A DNA stretch of 64,000 nt from Camelus dromedarius (taxonomy: Eukaryota). Made by a program: the position numbers and the translations under genes. The stretch is taken from positions 43,526,001-43,590,000 of the forward strand of contig NC_087436.1 of NCBI RefSeq assembly GCF_036321535.1, in the 5' to 3' direction. This document shows positions 14,830-26,776 of the stretch, piece after piece; position 1 is the first letter of the stretch, and each line of letters starts with the position of its first letter. The notes below the pieces were generated by a model. The model searched no databases, was not told where the DNA came from, and saw nothing but the letters and a program-made list of their open reading frames with translations.

Positions 14830-15680
14830 CTCAAATGCTTCCTAACTACTCTGGCCACACCCTTTTCACAGAGGAAATAGAAGCCTTTGTTGATACTCCC
14901 CTAAACCTCCCCTACCAAGTCTACAAGCCTATCTGTGTCTGTCCATTTCCTACCGTCATCGCCCAAGTTATGCTGAGGCGGATATCCTCCCATCAGCTCT
15001 GGGTAATGCCCCTTCCCGCACTGCTGCTCCATCCCTTCCTTCCCTCTCAGAAACCCTTTAAGCTCTCCCCTTCTCTGCACTGTTCCCATTAACATTTAAA
15101 CATGTTTGAGACCCTGTGTCACCCCAACATCCTGGTCCAGGTACTGGATTCTCTTCACTTTTATTCGCAGATGAAATTTTTCACAAGAACGATATTTTTT
15201 GCTAACTTTATCACTTTACATCCTATTTATTCTTCAGCCCACTCCAAGATGGCTTATGCGCCCACCATGCCACACAACTTCCCTTGGAATGAACTTCCCT
15301 AAGACAAAGGGACCCTAAGGACCTTTATTTGGAAAAATCCAGCGTAGGTTTACTGAAGTTTTCATCTTCCTTGACCTGTTGACAACATTTGCCACTCCAT
15401 ATCATCTTACCATTCTCTCCCTTTTTTAAGTATTGGAATTGGTCCTCTGTTCTTTATCAGATAAAGATATCTTACAAAAAGTGGTCTCTATACAAAAGTG
15501 GTCTCTATATAATCTCTACAAAGGTGGTCTCATGAACCCCATGGTCTTAGTTACCAAATGTGAGACAATGGTTTCCAAAATCTACCACAGATCTCTACTC
15601 TGAGTTTCTAAGACTCATCTACTTGACTGCCAGCTTAGCACTTACACTCAGAAGTCTTACTGGTGTCTCAAGTGAAGTAA
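14830..15680. mobile_element. Degenerate LINE-2 fragment
   Basis: Pyrimidine-rich L2-like text (ttcacagaggaaatagaagcc..., ttcatcttccttgacctgttgacaacatttg..., catctacttgactgcc). Confidence 0.5.
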
Positions 15681-16904
15681 ATTGTATTGTAATATAGTAA
15701 TACAATAAGACAGGGGAATATCTGCCCTTCCTAAAAATAGCCCAAGCTGATTAGTGCTCTCTCATCATCAGTACTAATTAAATTGCCTAATTTCTCATTT
15801 GACACTCAAAAAATTTCCACAAAGTAAATAAAATTCATGCTAATTAAATGACCATTAGAAGAGTATAAACTTATTGGTGTAAAATTATTTTCCTTTCTTT
15901 TAACTTCTCTCCAAATTAAGTCTCTTCATTGTACCTGCCCAGAGTTTTGTAAGGCCCTTCAGGAAATTTCTAAGCAAAAATTAGAAATTTTTTTAAAATT
16001 CTAATTTTATATAAATGTTGAGTTGGTTTCTTCTCTTTTAGTATTCTCATATATCTTTTATTCATTGTAATGAATTTTTAATTTACTATAAAGGACCAGT
16101 ACGCTTCATTGCATCTAAAATGTCACTGGTCTTTTGCGTGACTGCAGTTAATGACATCACACAGCTCATGCAATAGTTCATAATGCAATTGTTTCCTCGT
16201 AACCAGACACCATGGTTTCTATAATACTTTAAATATTTCTTTTTGGAAATAAAGAGATTCTTCTAGACAAGGTTTATAACTTTAGAAAGAAATCAGATTT
16301 CCCCAAACCATGCATACAATAGCTATCCAAGACATTTATGTTCTATTATTTCTTTAAGTGTAATATTTCCCCCCCTTTTATTTAAATTTTTTTAATATAA
16401 ATAGAATCTGGAGAATTCTCCACACTGATGCAATCTATTTGAATTATCCAGAATCAAACTGCCTTATTGACAAACTTAGAGCAATCAATTTTATGAGCTA
16501 AGCTATTTTGAAGATAATTTTTTGATCACAGAAAACAAATCATAAGCCCTTAGGGAAAATAAATGACTTTGATGCACAAATCCCAATATGTTCGTTTTAT
16601 CTGTTGTATCTAATTTCTTTCCCCCACCTCCCTCATTCCACCAATGAATATGTTGGCAATGTGATCAACTTATTCATCTTTCCCTTCCCAGATAATGCTG
16701 ACAACAATTTCCTAGACTACAGAAAGAAAAGCCCTATCATATAGGTGTTACATTTCTCATAATTACACTGTTATTAAAACTATAACATCTTTATATTTCT
16801 GTTTACACAAAAGTTTATTTTTACCAAACTAGAACTTATACATTCCAACCTCTGTGTCTTTTTATAGAATTCCTTCTACAATAATATTAAAATACTAAAA
16901 GTAC

Positions 16905-16965
16905 CTTTTGCAACATGGCTGTCATTTGAAATATCAGTTCTTCATGTCCCTGTTCAGTTACTTAC
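16905..16965 (-). other. Candidate recursive-splicing (RS) exon, 61 nt
   Basis: Minus strand cttatatttccttttttgttcttttAG|GTAAGTAACTGA...GCCATGTTGCAAAAG|gtactt: a strong acceptor followed directly by consensus donor hexamer GTAAGT, and a second donor 61 nt on. Confidence 0.55.
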
Positions 16966-17198
16966 CTAAAAGAACAAAAAAGGAAATATAAGTTTGAAAT
17001 CACTTCAATTTATCATTAAGAACAGCTTTTACATTTATAATAAAAATAGGTCTGTAGTATGCACTAATAAATTCATTTATAAGAAAATTGTGACTCCATT
17101 ATAAATGCAAAAGAGCAACTGAAAATATGTAAATATTTCAAGAGCTCAGAAAACTAGGCAAAACAGAGTAGATGAAAAGATGGAAAAATAGCATACAC

Positions 17199-17275
17199 AT
17201 TGTGCTGTACACCAGAAACTGACACAACATTGTAAACTGACTGTACTTCAATAAAAATATATTTTTTTAAAAAGA
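17199..17275 (+). mobile_element. Very short L1 3'-terminal fragment
   Basis: cattgtgctgtacaccagaaactgacacaacattgtaaactgactgtacttcaataaaaa matches the ends of the L1s at 500 and 20397. Confidence 0.8.
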
Positions 17276-17749
17276 GGAACAGATTTAAGAAACTATGAAA
17301 ATGTTTGTCTATTCATAAGGAACTTTAAGCAACATTAACAGATTTGAGATGGTCAAGATAATTGAGAACAAGATAAATTCTTGTGTTTATACTTGAGAAT
17401 TATTTTCATTGGTTCAAGTTTAGTATGCCAAACAATATTTAGCCAATACACTGTGGTTGATGCTTTTGTTATATTCTGTATGAAAGTTCACATAATCTAT
17501 ACTAAAACTTTTAATGTTAAACATTACAAAAATAGTAAAATAATTTTAGAAACAACAAAAAATCACTCTTATTCCACTATCTGAATTTAACACTGTTTTT
17601 ATTTATCCATGTTCTTTCTTTCAATCTATGAATATAAATATGTACTTGTTTAAACAGGTGAACATACATCTAGCACAAGTACAAATATGTTCTCCTTTAA
17701 ACATATCATACACAAGACATGTAAGTACAAAATGCATTATTTTTCTTAT

Positions 17750-17905
17750 TTATTGTTTATAATTATTATTTTATTATAAATAATTACAATATATTATAAA
17801 TTATATAACATATAATTTATATAATAAATATCATATAATAAAATTATATAACAAATATATGAGATGATTATTATAAATTATAATTATTAATATTATTATA
17901 ATTAT
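17750..17905. repeat. AT-rich low-complexity tract
   Basis: Almost purely A/T, with TTA/TAA/TA iterations. Confidence 0.85.
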
Positions 17906-18229
17906 TTTCCATGTCACTGCCTACTGTTCATACATGTCATTGTAACATCTGCAAATTTGTGCACTGAGCTGCTGTTTCCTAATTTTCTTAGCCATTATCT
18001 TTTTAATGATATTTAAATATTGTCAAATTTCTATAAATAATAATAATTTAAGTATGTGTGTATACATATCCTTTTTCTCTTTTCAGTTCCACTCATCCTT
18101 AGTCCTAACTTCTGCTGCTTTATGTGTGTCCCTACATCTAGTAAAATATATCCTTCCTCGTTCTTGTTGTTCCAGAATATACTTTTATAGTCATGCCTCT
18201 GTCTTTCCCAATTGAAGCTTAGTATCAAT

Positions 18230-18490
18230 TTGTTGACAGTTTAATTCCTTAAAGTCCAACTAGATTTATTACATTGCATTCAGTCTATAAATAGACTTGA
18301 TAAGAATCTACATCCCAATAATTGTCATCTCATCCATCCTTTATGTAAATCTCCCTTTTCATCTCCCCAAAAAAGTGTTCAGTTTTCTTTGTATGGTCCA
18401 TGCATACCCTTTGCTAAGTTCATTATGAAGTACTTAATACTTTTTCCAGCAATATCAACAGAATCTTCTTTCTCACTACATTCTCTCTCT
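18230..18490 (-). mobile_element. Old L1 ORF2 fragment, antisense
   Basis: attgcattcagtctataaatagacttg...gttttctttgtatggtccatgcataccctttgctaagttcattatgaagtactt resembles antisense L1M ORF2. Confidence 0.5.
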
Positions 18491-19899
18491 GATATACATT
18501 ACTACTACTAATTCCTACACTGTCATTTTGTGTTTATTCTCATTAGAAAGTTTACAGGCTTTTGAAAGTTTTTGACATTTCTCTAATTACATCACAATTT
18601 TTAAAACTATAAGGAAAATTCACAAATTCTTCCTGAGTATTCCTATTACAGAAGTTAATATTATTAGACAGACTATGATATGCAGAACAATATGGAGTTA
18701 ATGAGTGAGGATGATTAAGATGACTTACTGAGCCACATTTCAAAAGCAGGCTTTGATTCTAGTGTGTCCTTCCATTTGGAAATTGTATGACCTCATATAT
18801 AATATTCAAATATTCAAATATTTTATACCTTTGCATTAGGAGCCTGTAAGTACCAAACTAAATAGTTTCCCCGAACAGATTTTTAAAGAAAACTTACTAC
18901 ACAATTATATCCTTTGGCTTTTCTCAGAAAGCTATTTTAGGTGTGTTTGCAACTTATGGGAGAAAAAGTCAAAGGATGTGAACTGTGGTTTCACAGGAAG
19001 AGCCTGGCTTTGGAATCCCACTGGCTTGGCCTCAAGACCTGACTCTGCCACTTGCTAACAACAGGCCCCTCACAAAGGGCTTAACTCCGAGCCCAAGTTC
19101 TCCTGCAGTGAGTTTACTTGGAGGCTTAGAGATAGTAGGTAGGATATACCTGGCATAACTCTGGCACTCGAAGACTGGTAGGTATCATCATCCATTGACA
19201 GAAAGCTATGTCTTGACCTCATTCTAAGCATTTTACATATGTTTATTCATTTAATCTCACAATAGCCATGTGAAATATTATGCACATTTAGTCCATGATG
19301 AATGAGTTCAGAGTCTATACTGAACAAGTTCACAGTAATAATTAGTGCTGATTCAGAATTCTAGCCATTGGCTCTCTGATCCTAAGTCAATGTTGTCTCC
19401 ACGATGGCCACCTGTCTCCTGGTTTCATTACTTTCCCTACTAAGCTCTGGCTTTTCATAATATTCTACAGATTTCCTTTTAATTTAAAATGACTGAAAAA
19501 GAGTCTTTTCAAGTTTACTTTAAAATCCAGTGAATAATGTCTATAATCTTGAAACTGTCATTAAAAACCGTTATTATCTGTCTGATTCAAAATGCCTCTT
19601 CCAACATTAATCATCACTACTTCCCTTTATTTGTCCTACAACCAGACCAAATTCTTTGCTATTTCCTTTTACATACCTGCAAAATTTGATCTCATTTTCT
19701 TATCCTTAGGCTTTATCTCAAGACAATTCATTTTTTTTTAAATTTATTACAAAAGAAGTAACTGTTTGTGCTGGTTATTTTCTCAGCACTCTTGAGCTCC
19801 CATCTGCTCACTTTTCTTCTCTGCCCTGCTCTCATCCTGTGTGTGATCTCTACACACTGTGTCACACAAGCTCTCCTGCACACTGGCTTCCATTTGCAT

Positions 19900-20396
19900 T
19901 TGTTCAGTAGGATGTGCCAGCAATGGATCCCAAAGTGGAATGAGACAGAGATTGAAATCTGTATTCATGGCAGTAGCTGCATTCCTCTAGTACTATAGCC
20001 TCCACCAGGTGGTTCCCCTTCTACATTCGAGTAACATAGTTTCCTCCACCTTGGTCTTTCCTTTGGTCTTTCAGGTCTTGCCTAAGGGTTAGGGTGGTTG
20101 CCCCATGGTAATTCACCACCTCTTGATGGTTCCCTCAACCCAACTCAATTTTCTTTTTTGCTTTTTGTTTTTGTTTTGTTTGGGTTTTTGGTTTTTTGTT
20201 TTTTTTTTAATTTGTTGAGGTGGGGGGTAATTAGTATTATTTATTTATTTACTTAATGGAGGTACTGGGGATTGAACCCAGGATCTTGTGTATGCTAAGC
20301 ATACATTCTACCACTGAACTATATACCCTCCCCCACCCCGAGTCAATTCCCTTTAAACCATCTCTCCATTAAAGTCTCATCAAGAATCCTGGCTGA
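19900..20396 (+). mobile_element. Old ERVL-type LTR (LTR33-like) interrupted by a SINE and an L1; remnant continues at about 21532-21565
   Basis: ctttcagg...agggttagggtggt...caccacctcttgatggttccctcaaccc...cattaaagtctc...tgagcgtttcatctattcc resembles the LTR33 3' half. Confidence 0.5.
20152..20333 (-). mobile_element. tRNA-derived SINE, camelid Vic-1-like
   Basis: Reverse strand ggggagggtatatagttcagtggtagaatg...cctgggttcaatccccagtacctccattaag followed by an A-rich tail. Confidence 0.9.
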
Positions 20397-21531
20397 TGGG
20401 ACCTGATTAAACTTACAAGCTTCTGCACAGCAAAGGAAACCATAAGTAAAACAAAATGACAACCTACGGAATGGGAAAAAATTTTTGCAAAAAAATGAAA
20501 CCGACAAAAGCTTGATCTCCAGAATATATAAGCAGCTCATACGACTTAATAAGAAAAAAACAAACAACCCAATCCAAAAATGGGCAGAAGACCTAAACAA
20601 GCAATTCTCCAAGGAAGAAATACAAATGATAAATAGGCACATGAAAAATGCTCAGTATCACTAATTATCAGAGAAATGCAAATCAAAACTATGATGAGGT
20701 ATCACCTCACACCAGCCAGAATGGCCATCACACAAAAGTCCACAAATGACAAATGCTGGAGAGGCTGTGGAGAAAAGGGAACCCTCCTACACTGCTGGTG
20801 GGAATGTAGTTTGGTGCAGCCACTGTGGAAAACACTATGGAGATTCCTCAAACAACTAGGAATAGACTTACCATATGACCCAGTCATCCCGCTCCTGGGC
20901 ATATATCCAGAATGAACCCTACTTCAAAAAGACACCTGCACCCCAGTGTTCATAACAGCACTATTTACAATAGCCAAGACATGGAGACAGCCTAAATGTC
21001 CATCAACAGATGACTGGATAAAGAAGAAGTGGTATATTTATACAGTGGAATGCTATTCAGCCATAAAATGACAACATAATGCCATTTGCAGCAACATGGA
21101 TGTTCCTGGAGAAGCCATTCTAAGTGAAGTAAGCCAGAAAGAGAAAGAAAAATACCATATGAGATCTCTCATATGTGAAATCTAAAAAAAATTTAAAAAT
21201 GAACATAAATACAAAACAGAAACAGACTCATAGACATAGAATACAAACTTGTGGTTGCCAAGGGGGCGAGGGGTGGGAAGGGACAGACTGGGATTTCAAA
21301 ATTTGTAGATACTGACAGGCATAAGCAGAATAGATAAACAAGGTTACACTGTATAGCACAGGGAAATATATACAAGATCTTGTGGTAGTTCACAGGGAAA
21401 AAAAATGTGACAATGAATATATGTATGTTCATGTATAATTGAAAAATTGTGCTCTACACTGGAATTTGACACAACATTGTAAAATGACTATAACTGAATA
21501 AAAAAAAAATGTTAAAAGAAAAGAAAAAAAA
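20397..21531 (+). mobile_element. 5'-truncated, relatively young LINE-1 (ORF2 C-terminus, 3'UTR, polyA)
   Basis: ORF 20676-20915 [17 protein letters not shown]...[19 protein letters not shown] is the L1 ORF2 cysteine-rich C-terminal region; TSD aagaatcctg(g/a)ctga at 20382-20396 and 21532-21546. Confidence 0.97.
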
Positions 21532-22749
21532 AAGAATCCTGACTGAGCGTTTCATCTATTCCTTCTCATTCAAAAACAATGGAAGCATATAAAGCATAAA
21601 AGAAGACATTCTATGTATAAAGCATATAAAAGTAAAGAGAAAGATGCTCTTGGAATAACTAGGTATAATAAGAAACACTACTTCCAGAGTTCACTTTATA
21701 TACACACATAGAATTATTGTCTTAAATATTATATAATATTCTTATTATAAAACATTGCTCCTTTTATCCAGATGGACCTTGGCCAAGTCAGTATATACAA
21801 CCTCACTCATCTGTTTAAATATTTTCTAAGCATTCTAGAAAATATGCATATACCACATATCTATTTAATCAAAGAAAGATACATTTTCTATTATCTAAAA
21901 AAATCAGTTTAAAATTTTCTTAGTTTTAATTTATATCTTCAAGGGTTGTATTCATAATTCTTACATGAAAGAAACTTGATGGGAAATGTTTACTTTCAGA
22001 GTCAGTCTATCCTATCATTTCTTCTTCCTTTTATACCTACTATTTATTAAACATCTATAGTAAGTCTCTCTCTATATCTATATTATCTATTTATTCCTCA
22101 TGCCATGTGAGACAGGAATTACTAAATCCCTTTCACAGACGAGAAAACTAATCATCATATAGGTTAAGTAATGTGCCTAGGCTCCAAGTGCTGAAGCCAG
22201 GAACTGCCCTGTCCCTTTCCAAATTCCTCTTCTTTTTCATTATATCTTGCTGCCTCCTATAAAAGATTGGGTATACTTACATTTTACCTGATATCATGCC
22301 CAAGTTTTGTTATATTGTATCAGGTTTTGCTAAATGCTCATCTTATTGTATCAAAATACATCATATTTTCATAAGATGTGATTTGGTCCACGGTATTATT
22401 AAGTCATTAGAATATTGTGATGTTTCCATTTTATTTTCTCTTACTTGTCAAGAAATAGTAAAACTTCAACAGTCTTTACCTGATAGTCAAGCTGTAAATA
22501 GTTATGAAAATATGAAGGACTCAAGTACTAAAGGGTTAGTGATGTTCCAATGGCTTGGAGTTCCTACAGTGTCCCTGGACCAATTACAACAGAATATCTA
22601 AGGGTGTTTTTTTTTTTTTTTCAAACCACAGAGTCTTGAGCCTCACTCCAGTATAATTTTTAAGATGTTATACTTTTTACACCCTCTGCAAGGTGATCCT
22701 TCCACATATTAAAGTTTGAGAAAATAAGGCAAGAATAAAAGCCTTATTT

Positions 22750-22925
22750 CAGTGATTGCTGGGCCAGCAGTACATCAGCATCACCTAGGAACTTATTAGA
22801 GATGCAGAATCTTGGCCCCACCCCAGATCTTCTGAATTAGACATTCTGGGAATAGGCCCAGTAATCTGTGTTTTAGCCAGCCTTCCAAGTGATTCTGATG
22901 CAAGTGAAAGTGTAAGGACCGCTGC
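22750..22925. mobile_element. MER5A-like hAT-Charlie element
   Basis: catcagcatcacctaggaacttattagagatgcagaatcttggccccaccccaga...ggcccagtaatctgtgtttta...gtgattctgatgc. Confidence 0.8.
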
Positions 22926-23577
22926 CCTTTGTGAAGCCATTTCCTGGATCCTTTGTCCTATTCACATTTTTCCACTTATGGACTATTGAAGAGCCATTAT
23001 GGAGCCAAGGCACTGTCACTTTTCACTTTCCCAGGAGGCTCTTTAACTCCCCAAAACAGACCTCTCTGGTACATACAGTATTCAATGACCACCATCTCTT
23101 TCCCTGCCCTTATCTTATTTGATCTACGTATGTCTAGATTAAAAGATTAAAGTTTCAACAGGTGCAGAGCTCACATTCACATAATCCTACTAGGAGCCAC
23201 CAAAATCATCAACACTTAAATCAGAACGATCATTTCAGATTCCTTTAGAATCGTGTACGTAACCATAGAGACCACATAGTTTGTGTAATACTTCTTAGAA
23301 AAAGTCTTCCCCTGTTTCACTTTGTATGTGATGAACAATCCTCTCTGCGCCTTAGCACCAATTTAGAAAGTACAACATTTACGCATTCATAAGATGTTTC
23401 CATGGAAAAGACCAATCAAATTGAAAGAAAAACATTGCCTCCAGGTGTCAAAAGAATAAAAGATGTTCACAAAAAACCTTGCCCAATTAAAGTTCAAGGC
23501 AAATAGCAAATAACATCACAGAATAGTCATTGTGGACCGAGTTGCTTTCCAGCTCTTATATTTGTGAATGCACTCAC

Positions 23578-23646
23578 AGGGACCTGATTCAACATCTCAT
23601 GCAACAATGCAGAACACAACAGGAAAATTAACGTTGTACTCCGCAT
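23578..23646 (-). CDS. Candidate first coding exon MRSTTLIFLLCSALLHEMLNQVP (signal-peptide-like); host gene not identified
   Basis: agcATG (A at -3), 23 open codons, phase-0 donor CCT|GTGAGT; basic N-terminus then hydrophobic LIFLLCSALL; preceded by about 350 bp of locally CpG-enriched unique sequence. Confidence 0.45.
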
Positions 23647-24599
23647 GCTGAGCAAAGTGTTCCATCTGACCTTCAGAACTGGTTGCACTCAACTACTTTT
23701 AATTTTAGTCCCAATTTCAAGAGACTGCCAATGACACAGAGCTACTGCATGAAGTCCTCGCATCCAGCTCCCGTCGGGCTGTTCTGTGGAGCCTTTGAAT
23801 AGCTTGAGCTGCACTGACAGAATAGGCATTATTTCCTTTTGAAACTGAAAACCAGCTCCTGGGCCTCTGCAGACGTGTTTATTCGTCTCCAGGAGAATCG
23901 AGAGCAATTGACGTGCTCTCCTCTTCACTATGAGCCTGTAACTCTCTGCTCTTAATGAGGCAGTGTCTTATGCTTAGCTCGGTTTAAAATGTACTTTCTT
24001 GGCCTTCTTCAAATCCACAATTCAGTTGGATTCTCCTGGCCTCTGACTGTGAATAGCTTCCCATGTAGAAATATATCACACCTCTGATTTTTCTTCTTTT
24101 AAGACAGAGTATTTTGCTTTGAGGTTGGCAGAGAAACAGCTTGGAAAACCATATGCAACAAATAAAATATTAACAAGACAGATACTCTCAGCATCAGTTT
24201 CTCAACGCCTCTTTCCTTCTTAGTTAATAGAAATCCTACATGAAGATAAAGACTCACTAATTTGAATCATATTTTTTGCCTAATTTTAACAACTGCATTA
24301 ATAGGAATAATAAGTACAGTTGCTTTCCTTCATGTTCTAGTCATTTTTCAGAATATATGTTTTCATTCATAGCTTATAGTTATCTACTCACAACTGACTA
24401 CTAAAAACAATATCTGAACAACTGGATTAATATTTAGATGACTATGTAGGAACCCCAGGGGCTAAAAGTGGTAGGTCAGAAACCTGAAAAAATGACTGCC
24501 CATAAAATGATAGTATCAACAGTGTACAAGGTATTATTTAAGGGCCTTTCAATCCAGTTGGAGATGACACAAATAAATAAAAAGTTAATAATAATAATA

Positions 24600-24830
24600 A
24601 TAACCAATCACTTATAGAATGTTTCCAAGTACCAAAAACTGCATTGACTACTTTACATATATCATCTCAATTGCTCTTCAAAAACAGCCCCGTGAAAATC
24701 ATCCTATAGTTACATTCTATAAACAGAAAGTGAGACTCTGAGAAATAAAGGTATGTGCCCAAGACTATGTTGCTAATAAGTGATTGAACTGAAAATCAAA
24801 CCAGGTCTTTCTGATTTATAAAACAGAGGC
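24600..24830. mobile_element. MIR SINE
   Basis: ctttacatatatcatctcaattgctcttcaaaaacagccccgtgaa...aaagtgagactctgagaaataaaggtatgtgcccaag is MIR-core-like. Confidence 0.7.
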
Positions 24831-25529
24831 CTTTGCCGCAATTGGTTTTATAAATGAAGGTAATATAAACTAAGTGGCATATTGATGGGGATCAAGCATT
24901 AAATGGCTTGGTGGTGTGTAATCTTTACTGAGGTGATGACACTTGAGCTGAGCTTTGAAGTAGTAAAGAGGTGAGAAAAGAACAAGAAATTGGAGGGAAG
25001 GAGAGGGAAGAGAAGAGAAAGACCCAAAGAAGAAAGTAAGATGAGTTCAGGTTGGTTTAACGTAAAGGGACAGAACAAGACTTCTCAAGACAAGTTCAAG
25101 AAATCAGTCTGGCTGCAGTATAGTTAACAAAACAGAAAGATAAACTGCAAATGTAAGTTAGGGCCATTTAAAGGTCTTAGGTCTCAAGCTCTGCGGTTTG
25201 ACCTTTATTGATAGAGTATGATGAATCATACTTCAGGTTTATTGGAAAGGGAAAGACATAATCAAAATGGAGTTTTAAGGATATTCATCTAGTGAGTGGG
25301 CAGGCAGCTTGGACGGGGGTTAAAAAGGAATAACCACAACAGAAATAATATTCTAATAAGGACCTGACAACTGCCAAACACTTGGAGGCTTAAGAATTAT
25401 ACTTCAGCTCCTAAATGCCAAACAAATCTACATCAGTTAAATCTCCTGGATTTACTGGTGGTTGCACATCCTTTCCTCCCTCCAGGTCACATCTAGGGCT
25501 AACAACTGCAGAGGCCTCAGCCCCTAGAA

Positions 25530-25645
25530 TATGGGCTCCATGAGGTAGGGACTGCAGTTGCTGTTTTAACTGTTAAACCTCTGTGCCTAGAACAGCGCTT
25601 AACACTGAGTAGGCAACTCTGTAAACACGTATTGAATGAATGAAC
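25530..25645 (+). mobile_element. LINE-2 3' end
   Basis: ctccatgaggtagggactg...gtgcctagaacagcgcttaacactgagtaggc...ttgaatgaatgaa tail. Confidence 0.75.
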
Positions 25646-25814
25646 GCATGAGCCAAAATGCTCAATCATGTAAATGGCTAATTCTAGGCTTAATGTTATT
25701 AAATGTTTAGGTAGAATAGAGAAAAAGTGAAGAGGTTTTTATACAGACCATCATTTACCCATCTTTGACATAAATCACACTCCCCTATATGTGAAGATTA
25801 AATAAGGCCTCATT

Positions 25815-26195
25815 ATAACCAAATGGAATGTACATGCCCTACTTGGGTTCTGATTTGAACAAATCAACCATAAAAAAGGCAGATTTGAGACCATCATGAA
25901 AATATGAATATTAGATATTTGTTATTAAGTTATATTAAAGAGGTGCGATAATGACATGATTTTAAAAAGGGCTTTCTAGGTAGAGGCATAGTGAAATATT
26001 TACAAGTAAAATGACATGATGTCTGGTGTTCTCTTTCAACTAGTCCAGCAAAATCAAACCAAAAAATGTAAGATGGGAGACAGATGGAACAAAATTAGCA
26101 AAATGATGATTTTGAAGCTATTGAATATATGGGGATTCATTATAGTATTCTCCTTACTTTGGTCCATGTTTGAAAATGTCCATAAAAGATTTTTT
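25815..26195 (+). mobile_element. Old L1 (L1ME-like) 3'UTR
   Basis: tgaaatatttacaagtaaaatgacatgatgtctgg...ggggattcattatagtattctcc...gtttgaaaatgtccataaaa. Confidence 0.7.
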
Positions 26196-26594
26196 AAAGG
26201 CTTATAAAATATGGGCTGGAAAAAAAAATGCCAATATTTTAGTCTATGCATGAGGATGTCTACCAGGTGCCCTCCAAATACAGTTATACGCATTCATTCC
26301 TTCAGGCCACGGTTATTGAGTTTACAATGTGTTGGGGGTTATTCCAAGTGAATGAGACACTGTCTCTGCCCTCAGAAATCTCCCAATCTTGCAGAGGAGG
26401 CACGGCAGAAAACTAGTGACAGCAATCAGATATGGACAAGTTACAGTGGGGACACAAAGAACGTAATTAAATTTAACATTTAGAAAATTCACTCTAGCTG
26501 CAAGGTACTTACTAGACAGAAGAAAAGCAGAAAATGAGGGTGGGAACTGAGGCAGCAGCACTAAAGAAAGGATGGACACAAGAAATTTTAAGGA

Positions 26595-26776
26595 TTCCAC
26601 ATATAAGTGATATCATGTGATATTTGTCCTTCTCTGTATGATTTCACTAGTATATATGTATGTATAACTGAATTACTATGCTGTATATCAGAAACTAACA
26701 CAACATTGTAAATTGACTATACTTCAATTTAATAAATAAGTAAGTAAGTAAATAATAAATAAATAAATAAAATGTA
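26595..26776 (+). mobile_element. Short L1 insertion with 5' inversion and perfect 15-bp TSD
   Basis: 26595-26650 is antisense L1 3' sequence; 26651-26776 is the sense L1 end plus TAAA-type tail; TSD aagaaattttaagga at 26580-26594 and 26777-26791. Confidence 0.9.

Noticed and set aside
15474..15530. Three copies of tacaaa(a/g)gtggtctc
   Set aside because: A short slippage repeat inside L2-like sequence with no unique spacers; not CRISPR-like
20343..21432. ORFs with recognisable protein-like sequence
   Set aside because: They are sense and antisense frames of a truncated L1, not a host gene
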